Virus record (IMG/VR): IMGVR_UViG_3300018004_000004
Coordinates: 62,001 to 126,000 of that record
Direction: 5' to 3' (one strand)
Length of the DNA: 64,000 nucleotides
Within the stretch, counting starts at the first letter, position 1. The number at the start of each line of letters is the position of its first letter. Made by a program: the position numbers and the translations under genes. The notes below the pieces were generated by a model. That model did no database searches, had not been told where the DNA came from, and saw only the letters and a program-made list of their open reading frames with translations. Below are positions 12,745 through 22,554 of this stretch, one piece after another.

Positions 12745-14043
12745 TTAGAGAGCTTCTAGCCTGATATGCAGGGCAAACTTCATAGCATTAGGACTGTTCG
12801 AGGCATATCCGGTTGTATTGTAGCTCAGACCACCACCACCCTTCGCATGGATCACCGCACTCCCTTGCAAGATCGTATTGAATACGTCTCCCGAGTTGGT
12901 CGGCGTCAAAGCCAACCATCCTACCGCTGTATTTGTGTCAGGGTCAGCCCATTGAATCTGGACAGACGGAAGTGTTGATGATACACCATCGACCGTGGTC
13001 AGAACAATGTAGGCCGATACACGATACATTCCGGTCGTGACATTGTACAAAGAAGTACCAGGAATATCAGCGCTCTGAGTGGCTAGATCCACGGCCGCAA
13101 TCTGTGAAGGAACACCTTTGCCCACTGTAACGATGTTGTCGTACTTGGTGATAGTCCCAACGAGCTCCACTCCAGAACTGGTCTTCAGACCATTGGTAGC
13201 GTTTAGAACACCTGTTGGATCCACATAAAGAGGCGCCGCTCCAGAAACACCATTAGCATACCACTCGGTGATGTTGGCAGCACCTGTCCCACCATGGAAA
13301 GCAACTACAGTACCTCCATTATAAACATCGAAGACGGCACCTGAATCTCCGCTAACGATCAACTGACCTGGGCTCAAGGAAGACGATACTCCAGGACCGT
13401 AGAAACTGAATCCGCTAGCATCAATACTTGCAGTATACGTAAATGAGTTAGTGCTTATATAGATGTAGGCACTACCATCAAAGTTATCTGCTATTGTAAA
13501 CTGTCCAGTGGCATCACTACTAAACGGCACTAGACTCAGCATATAATCGCCATTGGAGTCACCGTTGACAGTGACACCAACTCCACTTGGGTTGGTGACA
13601 ATCAACCCACCAGTCAGAGTTCCGCCGGCCAGGTCCAAGTAAAACGAAGAGTAGTCACTATCCTGTGCTGTGACTGCATTCGTACGGCCGAAGACCGATG
13701 ATACAGCACCCCCACCACCTCCAAAAGCAGCTTGAGCAAAGTGACCGGTAGTAGCATCATACGATACCAGAGCCTCTCCAGTGATGCCTGGAGTTGTTAT
13801 AGGTACTATACCTGGTATACCACCAGCGATCTCATTGACCGTTGCCTGGAGGGTGGCAACCTGCTGGGTTACCTCATTCAGCTGGGCTTGGATCGTCAGG
13901 GTTACCTGGCTGATAGTCGTATGGATGCCATTCAGATCCGCTTCGATCGTTGGGACGGCCGCGGCAGAAGGAATAGGCGAAGTGATACCATCCAGAGCTG
14001 TAAGTCTGTTCAGGATTGCGTTTATTTGTGCTGGTGAAGCCAT
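12745..14043 (-). CDS. tail fibre / receptor-binding-like protein
   Basis: N-terminal coiled coil; GAVSSVFGRTNAVTAQDSDY and YLDLAGGTLTGGL fibre motifs; G/T/S-rich beta region. Confidence 0.75.
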   Translation of the reverse strand: MASPAQINAILNRLTALDGITSPIPSAAAVPTIEADLNGIHTTISQVTLTIQAQLNEVTQQVATLQATVNEIAGGIPGIVPITTPGITGEALVSYDATTGHFAQAAFGGGGGAVSSVFGRTNAVTAQDSDYSSFYLDLAGGTLTGGLIVTNPSGVGVTVNGDSNGDYMLSLVPFSSDATGQFTIADNFDGSAYIYISTNSFTYTASIDASGFSFYGPGVSSSLSPGQLIVSGDSGAVFDVYNGGTVVAFHGGTGAANITEWYANGVSGAAPLYVDPTGVLNATNGLKTSSGVELVGTITKYDNIVTVGKGVPSQIAAVDLATQSADIPGTSLYNVTTGMYRVSAYIVLTTVDGVSSTLPSVQIQWADPDTNTAVGWLALTPTNSGDVFNTILQGSAVIHAKGGGGLSYNTTGYASNSPNAMKFALHIRLEAL

Positions 14044-14053
14044 TGTATTCCCC

Positions 14054-14608
14054 TTATTGAGCCATGAAGGCCGCTTCCTGGCCGAGCCATTGGCGCGCGT
14101 TCATCAAAGATGCTGACATCTCTCGAGCAGCCACCTGCCTCATCGTATGAGCAGTAGCTGTATCTCTATAATCTCCACCGAAGTTAACTCTCCGTTGGTT
14201 GGTGCCGAAGTCCACGAGAGGTTGGATTGCTCCTTGGAACATCCTATCCATAGTCGGCTGGACCATAGCCTGCAAAGCCAGGTCCGTAAGCATAGGAGGC
14301 AAGCCTGTAAGAGCACTAACTCCAACAGATAGAGCAGTTGTCACTCCGATCGATAACCCAGTTGCCAGGCCAGAGGACAGCTTCTGGTGCCGCGGCGCCA
14401 TGATAGCAGACTGAACACCAAAGCCGAGAGCAAAAGGAAACGACCCCTTGCCTACAGATCCCCAGGCCTTAGGTAGGCGCGCGGCCGGAGTCAAACTAGC
14501 ATAGCTCTTCCAGCCCCTCATTGTCGACATGGCTTTGTTACGGCCCCAGTTGACAGGACTGAACGGCATAGGTGCAGGCATGGTATCCGCTACGTTGATT
14601 CTAATCAT
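14054..14608 (-). CDS. hypothetical protein with hydrophobic Gly/Ala segments (possible virion protein)
   Basis: Inside the structural operon; C-terminal TMRQ.A...M..S..NAR..LG.EA..M. Confidence 0.7.
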   Translation of the reverse strand: MIRINVADTMPAPMPFSPVNWGRNKAMSTMRGWKSYASLTPAARLPKAWGSVGKGSFPFALGFGVQSAIMAPRHQKLSSGLATGLSIGVTTALSVGVSALTGLPPMLTDLALQAMVQPTMDRMFQGAIQPLVDFGTNQRRVNFGGDYRDTATAHTMRQVAAREMSASLMNARQWLGQEAAFMAQ

Positions 14609-14988
14609 TTCACAGTCTCCGCGTACTTACGCAGAGTCTCTCTTGTCTCATCCGGATGGTTGAGGATGTCACACTCCCATAAGATGAGTAGTTTGAAGCC
14701 TTTACGCCCCAGGTACTGATACCTATGGATGTCCTGGAATCGTTTCATCTGTTGCTTCCGAGTCTTCTTTGGATAGCAACGGTGGCAGCAGTGCCAGTAG
14801 CAGCCATTCAACTCTACGGCGCCCTTCTTGCCTATCACAATATCGATATGACAGCGCCCACATCTCACCTCAGTACGATAAGGAATCCCATCGGCATCTA
14901 ACCAAGCAGCCACCAGCTTCTCGATCGAAGTCTTAGGACGCTTGCGATTATGCTTTCGTGCGGCCGATCGCGGGATTCCTTTTCTCAT
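14605..14988 (-). CDS. Vsr/DUF559-like PD-(D/E)xK endonuclease
   Basis: TSIEKLV, HIDIV, AVELNGCYWHCCHRC, GFKLLILWECD. Confidence 0.85.
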   Translation of the reverse strand: MRKGIPRSAARKHNRKRPKTSIEKLVAAWLDADGIPYRTEVRCGRCHIDIVIGKKGAVELNGCYWHCCHRCYPKKTRKQQMKRFQDIHRYQYLGRKGFKLLILWECDILNHPDETRETLRKYAETVK

Positions 14989-15173
14989 ACCTTGAATGTC
15001 CCCACAAATGGCGGGTTGCGCCAGCTGGGAGCCATCGGATCCGGGAAACCTAGATTGACTACCTTCCCTTTCTTCGTACGCATCTTCCCCGCGGGCGAAG
15101 AAGGCTGGGCCATCACGGCGCCAGGCTTGAACTTCGTCACCTTACGGTTCGTATGTGTACGCTTAGCAGCCAT
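14985..15173 (-). CDS. small basic protein
   Basis: 62 aa, K/R/P-rich; coupled by TAATG and ATGA overlaps. Confidence 0.7.
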   Translation of the reverse strand: MAAKRTHTNRKVTKFKPGAVMAQPSSPAGKMRTKKGKVVNLGFPDPMAPSWRNPPFVGTFKV

Positions 15174-15316
15174 TACTTACCTTTCTTGGCCGGCGGGAAC
15201 AGGCTAGTGTTCTGTGTTACAGCGAAGTTGACAGGCTGAGGTGGGATCACCTTAGGTGTCGGCTTCGTGCCATTCGATCCCTTAATGTAGGGAGCTTTGG
15301 TTGGTGCTTTTGCCAT
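15173..15316 (-). CDS. small Lys/Pro-rich peptide (47 aa), absent from the ORF track
   Basis: AAGGAG RBS; MAKAPTKAPYIKGSNGTKPTPKVIPPQPVNFAVTQNTSLFPPAKKGK*. Confidence 0.75.
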   Translation of the reverse strand: MAKAPTKAPYIKGSNGTKPTPKVIPPQPVNFAVTQNTSLFPPAKKGK

Positions 15317-15334
15317 GGTCGTTTCTCCTTGATA

Positions 15335-17260
15335 TTAGAAAGTTTCAATCGTATAGACTACAATGATTTCCACTGTACCATCACCACCAGTTAACCCAGC
15401 CGAAGTACCTACAAGAAAGACTCCGATGTCCTTTCCAAGTACGTTCGTAGTAGACACAGCAGATGTAGTCGGAAGTGATGCCATTTGTGTACTCATAAAA
15501 AAGAGACCACTACCAGGACCGTCTACAAAACCGTGCGCTGGAAAATGATAGATAGGTTCAGGACTACCAACTCCGTAACGAATCTCTAACTGATTATCGT
15601 TATTACCAACCGTATAACCAGTTGTATTGGCAATATATCTCATATTGACCGAGATAATATTGTAGAAGCTTGTGCCTGTCAAGCTTGGAAGAAGTTGAAC
15701 TTCAGCCGATGCCAAGTTCAACAAGTCCGATTGAAGCAAAGTAACGGAGACCCTAGATAGACCCCCATTAGGAGCAGCCCAAGCTACAGAACGATTTATA
15801 CCTATCATCTGGCTAGTAAGAACTTGTCCATCCGTTCCAAGACTAGTGTTACCGTCCTTGATGCCTTTAAGTGGCGAGATATAACCAGCGTTCGCTATCA
15901 GATTGGCATAGCGATCTACCTGGAGATCTGCTTGACCAGTATGACCATTTATGAACCAGTCTTGAATATCTGAACCGTAGACATTGCCGCCGACCGCAAG
16001 GGAAGCATCGAAGCCATTATCTTGAACCCACAGTTTGCATCCCGGACTGGGATAGTTGACCGCAATCCCAGTATCACCAGTGAAGGTTCCACCATTATTG
16101 TATTGAACGGATCCAGTTGGTCCACCCGGAGATCCGCCTCCACCACCACTAACCCACAGAACTCCCGACCCTGTGCTAGAGAGAACTTGACCAGCAGTAC
16201 CTGCTGAGTAAGCAGAATCATAAAGAAGCGTGCCGGTAGCAGACAGATACAAAGCAGCATACGCACCAAAAGTCAGATCTCCATAAGCATCAACCGACAA
16301 GACAGGAGCTCCAGGAGCACCATTCTGATACCACTCCTGAATGTTATTGCTAGAAGCATCACCAGTAATAGTAAGTGCTGCTTGAACAAGACTACTTGGG
16401 TTTGGCGGAGCTACAGAAATCATCCCATTTGTAAAATCAACGAGAGTACCTGCTATACCACCAAAAGCTCCAGCATTATTACCCTGTATAGATCCAATAG
16501 GAGATCCAGGAGTTACGCCAGGAGCAGCCGTCAGATCTATATTGCTTCCAGCCGGCGTAATCGTCACCGAACTATCCGAGCTAGTTAGTGTCAGTACCCC
16601 AGACAAGCCAGCAAGGCTAGTCACCACCGTAACAGGTGTAACAGCAATCGTAACTGTACCACCAGCACCAGGTGTAAGCTCAATCCCAGAACCAGATATC
16701 AGATTCAGGATATTCTGTGTGCCATTTGCCACATTGTCAGTCAGAAATGATACAGAGATGGCTGCTATAGCTTGGGTGTTGGCGACCGTCTGGGCCGTCA
16801 AGGACTGCAAAGCAGCAGCGAAGTTCTGTAGGGCTTGAGCTACATCGTTCTGGTTAGTACTGGACAGCGCTGTTTGAAGACCCGAGACTTCTACACTCAG
16901 ACTATTGATCGTTGTCTGGGTAGTCTCGACGATACCTTCAATCACTCGAAGAGCATCCGCGATAGAGTTCGAAGTACCAGCCAAGCTATTGAAGAAGACC
17001 TGGCTATTGTCTGTTGTGTCCGCGTAGATGAAACGACCTTCCAATCCGTACGGAGCATTGCTGGGGTTCGGCTGAATAGTCGAAATCAACCCATTCAACA
17101 TAGGAATGAGAATGTCATCGATGAAGCCGGCCAGAGCAGCAAGGTCAGCCAGAGACTCCGTCCAGGAATCATTGTAGTCCTGTGAGCTGGGAGATCCGTT
17201 CAGCGGCGCCGCGCGCAGCGTCGAGACCAGTTCTACCGTTGATAGATCGAGATTTGCCAT
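15335..17260 (-). CDS. tail fibre protein, paralogue of 20031-21251
   Basis: First ~200 aa highly similar to 20031-21251; PG.P.GS.Q.NN.G.F.G and G..GQVL.S fibre repeats. Confidence 0.8.
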   Translation of the reverse strand: MANLDLSTVELVSTLRAAPLNGSPSSQDYNDSWTESLADLAALAGFIDDILIPMLNGLISTIQPNPSNAPYGLEGRFIYADTTDNSQVFFNSLAGTSNSIADALRVIEGIVETTQTTINSLSVEVSGLQTALSSTNQNDVAQALQNFAAALQSLTAQTVANTQAIAAISVSFLTDNVANGTQNILNLISGSGIELTPGAGGTVTIAVTPVTVVTSLAGLSGVLTLTSSDSSVTITPAGSNIDLTAAPGVTPGSPIGSIQGNNAGAFGGIAGTLVDFTNGMISVAPPNPSSLVQAALTITGDASSNNIQEWYQNGAPGAPVLSVDAYGDLTFGAYAALYLSATGTLLYDSAYSAGTAGQVLSSTGSGVLWVSGGGGGSPGGPTGSVQYNNGGTFTGDTGIAVNYPSPGCKLWVQDNGFDASLAVGGNVYGSDIQDWFINGHTGQADLQVDRYANLIANAGYISPLKGIKDGNTSLGTDGQVLTSQMIGINRSVAWAAPNGGLSRVSVTLLQSDLLNLASAEVQLLPSLTGTSFYNIISVNMRYIANTTGYTVGNNDNQLEIRYGVGSPEPIYHFPAHGFVDGPGSGLFFMSTQMASLPTTSAVSTTNVLGKDIGVFLVGTSAGLTGGDGTVEIIVVYTIETF

Positions 17261-17268
17261 AGATTACC

Positions 17269-20031
17269 TTATTGAAAGAATGTCGGGATCACAACAAAAC
17301 CTGACAGCAAAGGAGCCAGCAAGGGAGTGATTTCTGCAACCCAACCTTGAATCTCCGGATGCCCCGGGAAGTAATAATAAGGAGGTCCACCACCATCGTA
17401 GTTATACGCATACTGCGTGTGGACTTCTACCGGACCACCCACAATGTCCTGTGCAATATAGAGATACACAGCATTTGAATAGAAACCATAGTTAACATCG
17501 TTATTCGGATTGTTAACTACCCCCAGCAACTGATAAGCATTGTTCTGTGAATCCCAAATACTGATGGGAGGTGCAAACGTAAAGTTTGTCTGCGCTATCG
17601 TGAGACCAAGAATAAGCGCATTCCCTGGTGTAGTGTCATTAAAACTTGTAGAACCACCGCCCTGTCCACCTGGATTAGCCCCTTGTATCACTGTCGGTTG
17701 AGTATAGAACATAGCCAACGTTGCAGCCCAGTTGGCTGTGTGGGTTCCAATAGTTGAAACAGCCGTTACAGGAACAGGAGAAGCTTGATCCAACCATGCC
17801 ATTATCCCTGCATAAAGCGCCGGCCCGTTAGGAAACGCTGTGAAGCCCGAAGGCACACTGTTGTCTTGATTAGAGTTCTGACCAGAACCAAGGTAGATTA
17901 ACCACTCACTCCCTTGTGCTGGTGTTCCTGTAATCGAGATCGGAGCCGTCCCTTGCTGTCCAAGATCCGGTCCAATCGTGCCAGCCGGCGACACAGCCGT
18001 CACAATCTTCTCTACAATCTTTGGTATAGTAGGTACCTTCAAACCAGAGACTTCATAGATAGACCAAGTACCAGTGAATCCTCCACCACTAGGACCATCA
18101 AATGCCATTACGTCAAGCGTCTGAGTTCCACTCAGCGGCGAGGGACACCACCACACAAATACAGATGCTGAGTGTGCTGGTATAGCACCCAAGTTTGTGT
18201 TCGGCGCTATCCCGACCTGATACCACTGATTAGTATCGTCGACTGGATTGGCCCACAATAAACCACCATGAACAGCATCGCTTATCGTCAGCACACCAAT
18301 CACACCGTTACTGGTTGAGACAGGGCTGGTGAAAACTGCTCTCCATCCAAATCCAGCATTAGCACCTGTAATAGGAGTAGCACTTGAAGCACTCTGAATG
18401 ATGGCCGGCGTGCTAGCAGTAGGGATAAGAGCTATCGTTGCTGATGCAGAAACATTTGGAGTTCCCAGAGTGACTACAGCTCCAATCGGAGCGATAGCAC
18501 TAACAGTTTGAGCGAATACACCTTGACCTGCAGCTGTAGGACCTATACTTGTCCAGTTTCCAAGTCCAGGCACGATATTTGAAACTTCAAAGACCCAGCC
18601 GTTAGCTGAAGAACCTCCCGCAGATATACCAGACAGAATAGTTATACTTACAGTTAGTGTACTTGGGTTAGGTGCGAAGCAAGCCCACACTCCGGTAGCT
18701 GCACCGTCTACCCCACCAGTCTGAGTAAAACCTACCTGCGTCCAGACATTGCCATATGTATCTGTAACAGTGGCAGTAGTAATCGACCCTACGAATGTGT
18801 CATTTGTTGAAACGACAGCAATCAAAGTACTGCCTGGAGTTAAAGCACTACCAAATGTAGGAGTAACAGTACCAAAAGCTCCACCACCTTGCGCTGTTTG
18901 CAAGATAGCAGGTGTACTTCCATTGGTCTGGAATAGTGCCAGGACTCCCGCGCCAGGGTGACCAAAAGTCGTAAGAGTTGCTGCTGCTGTAATCGGGGAT
19001 ACACTAGGCAAATATCTTGTGTAGATATCTTGACCTATATATCCATTAGCTAACAATGTCCAGCCAGGACCAGGATCGAAATCAACCAGCTGATTGTAAG
19101 AAGCATAGGTAAAGAAGGCCCACTCATTTGGATGCGCTGGCGTCAGCGTAGCAGTGATAGCAATACAACTACTATTCTCATACGTAGCTGCCTGTACAGT
19201 CTCTAGTGGGAGATCATGAATACTTTGTCCCTGCGCAGCATAAGCAAACACAGCGTACATATCCGCTGTGTCAGGCATAAGAGCAGCCTCAATAACTGGG
19301 TTTGTAGCTCCACCTACAACATCTACGTGGTAGCTGGTTAGCTGATAAGGTGGCTCCACAGTCGACGGTAGAGAAGCATCCCCATAAAAAGTAGTCAGCT
19401 GAATATCAGCATTGTTGCTACCAATCCCCATCTGTGCTGTATAGCCAGTCTGGATGGAACTGACTATCTGATAGCCCATCTGACCGAACCAGTCAGGACC
19501 ACCCGTCCACTCTATATTCGCCAGCAGACTCATCGGAGCGATGACGGTTCCACCAGCACCTCCTGGATAACCAGCACCAGCAATACATCCAAATGAAATC
19601 AGTAACTCATGAGCATAGCGCGTAGTTACTGGGTTAGAAGTGTTCGTATGTAATGGGGAAGATGTAGCGCCGTATTGGGTTATCGGCACAGTAATCTGAT
19701 CTATACCAACGATACCCGAGAACTCAGCCAGGGCTACTCCACCATATGAGTTATTAGCCCCAGAAACTGTAACTGTATTCGCACCCGACGCATTGGCAAA
19801 AGTATACCAAGCGTTACTTTGCTGGCCAGAGGAGCTGCTTAAAGTAGCATAGATAGGAATCCAAGCATTACCAAGCGTATCTACAATGGTCAGTTTACGA
19901 GAATAAGTCCACTGTCCTTCGTACTGAGCAATCAACAGATTCCCAACCGTGACAGAGGAAGTAAAAGTGTTGGAGACAACACTACTACTTACCATTGTAG
20001 CATTGACGGCTTGGACGAGGGCTATACTCAT
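17269..20031 (-). CDS. repeat-rich beta-sandwich virion/adhesin protein
   Basis: Repeated ~130-aa units with (T/V).GN.LI...D..GN.W signatures. Confidence 0.7.
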   Translation of the reverse strand: MSIALVQAVNATMVSSSVVSNTFTSSVTVGNLLIAQYEGQWTYSRKLTIVDTLGNAWIPIYATLSSSSGQQSNAWYTFANASGANTVTVSGANNSYGGVALAEFSGIVGIDQITVPITQYGATSSPLHTNTSNPVTTRYAHELLISFGCIAGAGYPGGAGGTVIAPMSLLANIEWTGGPDWFGQMGYQIVSSIQTGYTAQMGIGSNNADIQLTTFYGDASLPSTVEPPYQLTSYHVDVVGGATNPVIEAALMPDTADMYAVFAYAAQGQSIHDLPLETVQAATYENSSCIAITATLTPAHPNEWAFFTYASYNQLVDFDPGPGWTLLANGYIGQDIYTRYLPSVSPITAAATLTTFGHPGAGVLALFQTNGSTPAILQTAQGGGAFGTVTPTFGSALTPGSTLIAVVSTNDTFVGSITTATVTDTYGNVWTQVGFTQTGGVDGAATGVWACFAPNPSTLTVSITILSGISAGGSSANGWVFEVSNIVPGLGNWTSIGPTAAGQGVFAQTVSAIAPIGAVVTLGTPNVSASATIALIPTASTPAIIQSASSATPITGANAGFGWRAVFTSPVSTSNGVIGVLTISDAVHGGLLWANPVDDTNQWYQVGIAPNTNLGAIPAHSASVFVWWCPSPLSGTQTLDVMAFDGPSGGGFTGTWSIYEVSGLKVPTIPKIVEKIVTAVSPAGTIGPDLGQQGTAPISITGTPAQGSEWLIYLGSGQNSNQDNSVPSGFTAFPNGPALYAGIMAWLDQASPVPVTAVSTIGTHTANWAATLAMFYTQPTVIQGANPGGQGGGSTSFNDTTPGNALILGLTIAQTNFTFAPPISIWDSQNNAYQLLGVVNNPNNDVNYGFYSNAVYLYIAQDIVGGPVEVHTQYAYNYDGGGPPYYYFPGHPEIQGWVAEITPLLAPLLSGFVVIPTFFQ

Positions 20032-21251
20032 TAGCTTGTTCTATATCCCCATAGCACGATGCCTACATCAGCAAGAGTTGTGTCTGGGGTGGCAGGTCCG
20101 TCGATCTCCAGAAGATCTCCAGGAGCAAAAGCTTGATTAGATGCTTGCGTAAAGACCCCGGTAGAGGAACCAAGAGCAAAGTTCACAGTGGCAAAAGGAG
20201 TACCAGCATGAGAGAAAGTAAAAGTCGTACTTGCTGCTGCAACTGCAGATGCTGTAGCAAAAGAACTAGCAGCACCAGCAGGAAACAATACATTGCGCGC
20301 GATCGGAATACGCAAGAGCTTCTGATTGGCAGAACCTAAGCCAGGAGCAAAAGCAGGCACATCAAAAGGAGGATGCAGCAAAGCCAGTGTAACTGTACCT
20401 GCGGCTTCCGAAGCATGAATCCCAAGCCCATCAGCTATGTTCAATAGAGCTTGAGTTGAGTTAGGAGAGCCGTTGGTTTCTAGATTCAGGGTGCCGCCCG
20501 AGCCCGTATAGGCAATCGTAACTGTACCAGCACTTTCAACCAATGCAATGTCCAACCCACCAGTCAAGTTCAGCAAAGTCTGAGTAGAGTTCGGAACAGA
20601 GTTAGTTCTAAGTGAGGCTAAGGTTAATGTATTACCTATCGTTACCACACCACCGGCACCAGAAACAAGAGAAATACCCGTGCCAGCAGTAAGATTCAAG
20701 ATGTTCTGAGTACCGTTAGGTACGCTGTCAGTCAAGAAGGTGATCGAGATCGCCGCGATAGCAGCTGTGTTCGCATTCACCTGAGCTGTCAAGCTCTCCA
20801 ATGCGGCCGCAAAGTTCTGCAACGCCTGAGCTACGTCATTCTGATTGGTGGAAGACAGCGCCGTCTGCAGCGCAGTGACTTCAATATTCAGGTTACCAAC
20901 TGTTGTCTGTACGGCGTTAACGATTCCCTGCAGTACTCGCAATGAGTCCGCGATCGTATTTGGTGTATTAGATAGATTGTCAAAGAAGACCTGAGAAGTG
21001 TCTGTCGTATCACTAAAGATGAATCGACCTTCGATTCCATTAGGTGTAGCAACCAGCGTCGGCTGAATGCTCGAGCTCAACCCATTGAGCATCGGAATCA
21101 AGATGTCATTGATGAATCCAGCCAGTGAAGCCAGATCTGCCAGCGACTCGGTCCATGAGTCGTTATAGTCTTGCGAACTTGCGGCGCCATTCAAAGGAGC
21201 GGCGCGAAGCGTCGAGACTAGTTCTACCGTAGGTACGTTAAGTTGGGCCAC
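20031..21251 (-). CDS. tail fibre protein
   Basis: Shared N-terminal anchor and coiled coil; three tandem T(D/N).(V/S)PN.TQ..LN...G..I......G.VT repeats. Confidence 0.8.
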   Translation of the reverse strand: MAQLNVPTVELVSTLRAAPLNGAASSQDYNDSWTESLADLASLAGFINDILIPMLNGLSSSIQPTLVATPNGIEGRFIFSDTTDTSQVFFDNLSNTPNTIADSLRVLQGIVNAVQTTVGNLNIEVTALQTALSSTNQNDVAQALQNFAAALESLTAQVNANTAAIAAISITFLTDSVPNGTQNILNLTAGTGISLVSGAGGVVTIGNTLTLASLRTNSVPNSTQTLLNLTGGLDIALVESAGTVTIAYTGSGGTLNLETNGSPNSTQALLNIADGLGIHASEAAGTVTLALLHPPFDVPAFAPGLGSANQKLLRIPIARNVLFPAGAASSFATASAVAAASTTFTFSHAGTPFATVNFALGSSTGVFTQASNQAFAPGDLLEIDGPATPDTTLADVGIVLWGYRTS

Positions 21252-21252
21252 T

Positions 21253-22554
21253 TTATACCTCTACAAGCTGGGCGCCAGAGTAAACGGGCGTAGTGTTAAG
21301 ATCGGAAGTCGTGAGTTGTACATGCAGCTGAGCCCCAAGTTGTGATGGCCCAGTCGTATAAGACACATCAAAGATGCGCGCGCTGTCATGCAGAGCGACG
21401 TATGTCACCAGATACATATTGCCAGACGTATCCAGCGTAAAGTATTGATTCGAAGGGGGTGTAGCCGCCGCAGACAACCCAGGAGCGATTCGCATTTCAA
21501 AAGGTGTTGCCGGGTTTGTTACGTCAGTTATCACCAAGGAAGACGAATATGCATTGGCTGGCAACTGATAGGTCACAGCCGGGCTAGGAAGCTGAAGTTG
21601 ACCTGTGACGGAGTCCAGTGGTACTGACGTTGAGTTGACCACCGTGGCGCCAGGGACTGGTACTATGGCGCCTGGGAATACTTCGAGGGCAGGGTTACCT
21701 CCCAAGGACAGGAAGTAAGTGATGCCTGGAACGGTCTCCGTCTCGAACTCCACGAAGGCAGTCCGCGGGGTCATCTGTATCTGATTAGTATAAACATCTG
21801 ACTGCAGATGGTATTGGACCGAGAAGGCATGGAAGTCCGTCAGGCCGAATGTAAAGACATCCCCACCCAGGACATCTGGGAGGGCTGGGGTAATAGCCAG
21901 GCGAATATACTGTGTCTCAGCCGGCGCGAACCAGGCAGCCAGACGGTACCCGTTCTGGGTCTGGCTAACGGCCGGAGCGAAGTTGATCCCATTCAAAGAG
22001 ATGTAGGGCTGGACAGTTGGACCCGCGGGCATATCCATCATGTCGAAGATGATCAACCCGGTTGTGACAGGGCTCAGAAGCTGGATATCGAAGGTGCCTA
22101 CCGGTACAGCCCCATTCTGGGTGGCGACCCTGTAGAGGGCTCCTAGATTGCCCGTAGAACCCGTCTGGGGGACCTGTAGAGCCTGGATCGTACCCTGGCT
22201 GGCAGAGAACCTTACCTGGGAGACGATCGCCTCTCCTGGCGCCTGGCGTTCACGAAGGGTAATATTGCCGGCGTCGCAGCGGAGGGTAGCTGTGGTAATA
22301 GGCTGATTGAAGTCTTTATCATCCGTGGTCAGGAACTTGACATCTATTCCGATCTCGGGCAGGCGATTAGCACGGACCTTCTTCCCATTCAGTTCGGCCA
22401 GGGCATTGTTAAACAGAAGCAAAGTGTTCTCACGCAGAACGACGCACTTGTTTATGGCGGCCTGGCCTTGGTTTATCAGGACGTCAAAGTTTGACTGGAC
22501 CGCGGATGCGCTCCCAGTTGTGCCGTCTACGAGAGGTGTGATTGAGGTAGCCAT
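21253..22554 (-). CDS. putative baseplate/virion structural protein
   Basis: Long beta-rich ORF in the coupled structural operon. Confidence 0.7.
   Translation of the reverse strand: MATSITPLVDGTTGSASAVQSNFDVLINQGQAAINKCVVLRENTLLLFNNALAELNGKKVRANRLPEIGIDVKFLTTDDKDFNQPITTATLRCDAGNITLRERQAPGEAIVSQVRFSASQGTIQALQVPQTGSTGNLGALYRVATQNGAVPVGTFDIQLLSPVTTGLIIFDMMDMPAGPTVQPYISLNGINFAPAVSQTQNGYRLAAWFAPAETQYIRLAITPALPDVLGGDVFTFGLTDFHAFSVQYHLQSDVYTNQIQMTPRTAFVEFETETVPGITYFLSLGGNPALEVFPGAIVPVPGATVVNSTSVPLDSVTGQLQLPSPAVTYQLPANAYSSSLVITDVTNPATPFEMRIAPGLSAAATPPSNQYFTLDTSGNMYLVTYVALHDSARIFDVSYTTGPSQLGAQLHVQLTTSDLNTTPVYSGAQLVEV

Noticed and set aside
15335-21251. Diversity-generating retroelement TR/VR pair or invertible fibre cassette
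   Set aside because: The paralogy is at the N-termini with synonymous, not adenine-specific, differences. No reverse transcriptase, invertase or inverted repeats were seen in the window.
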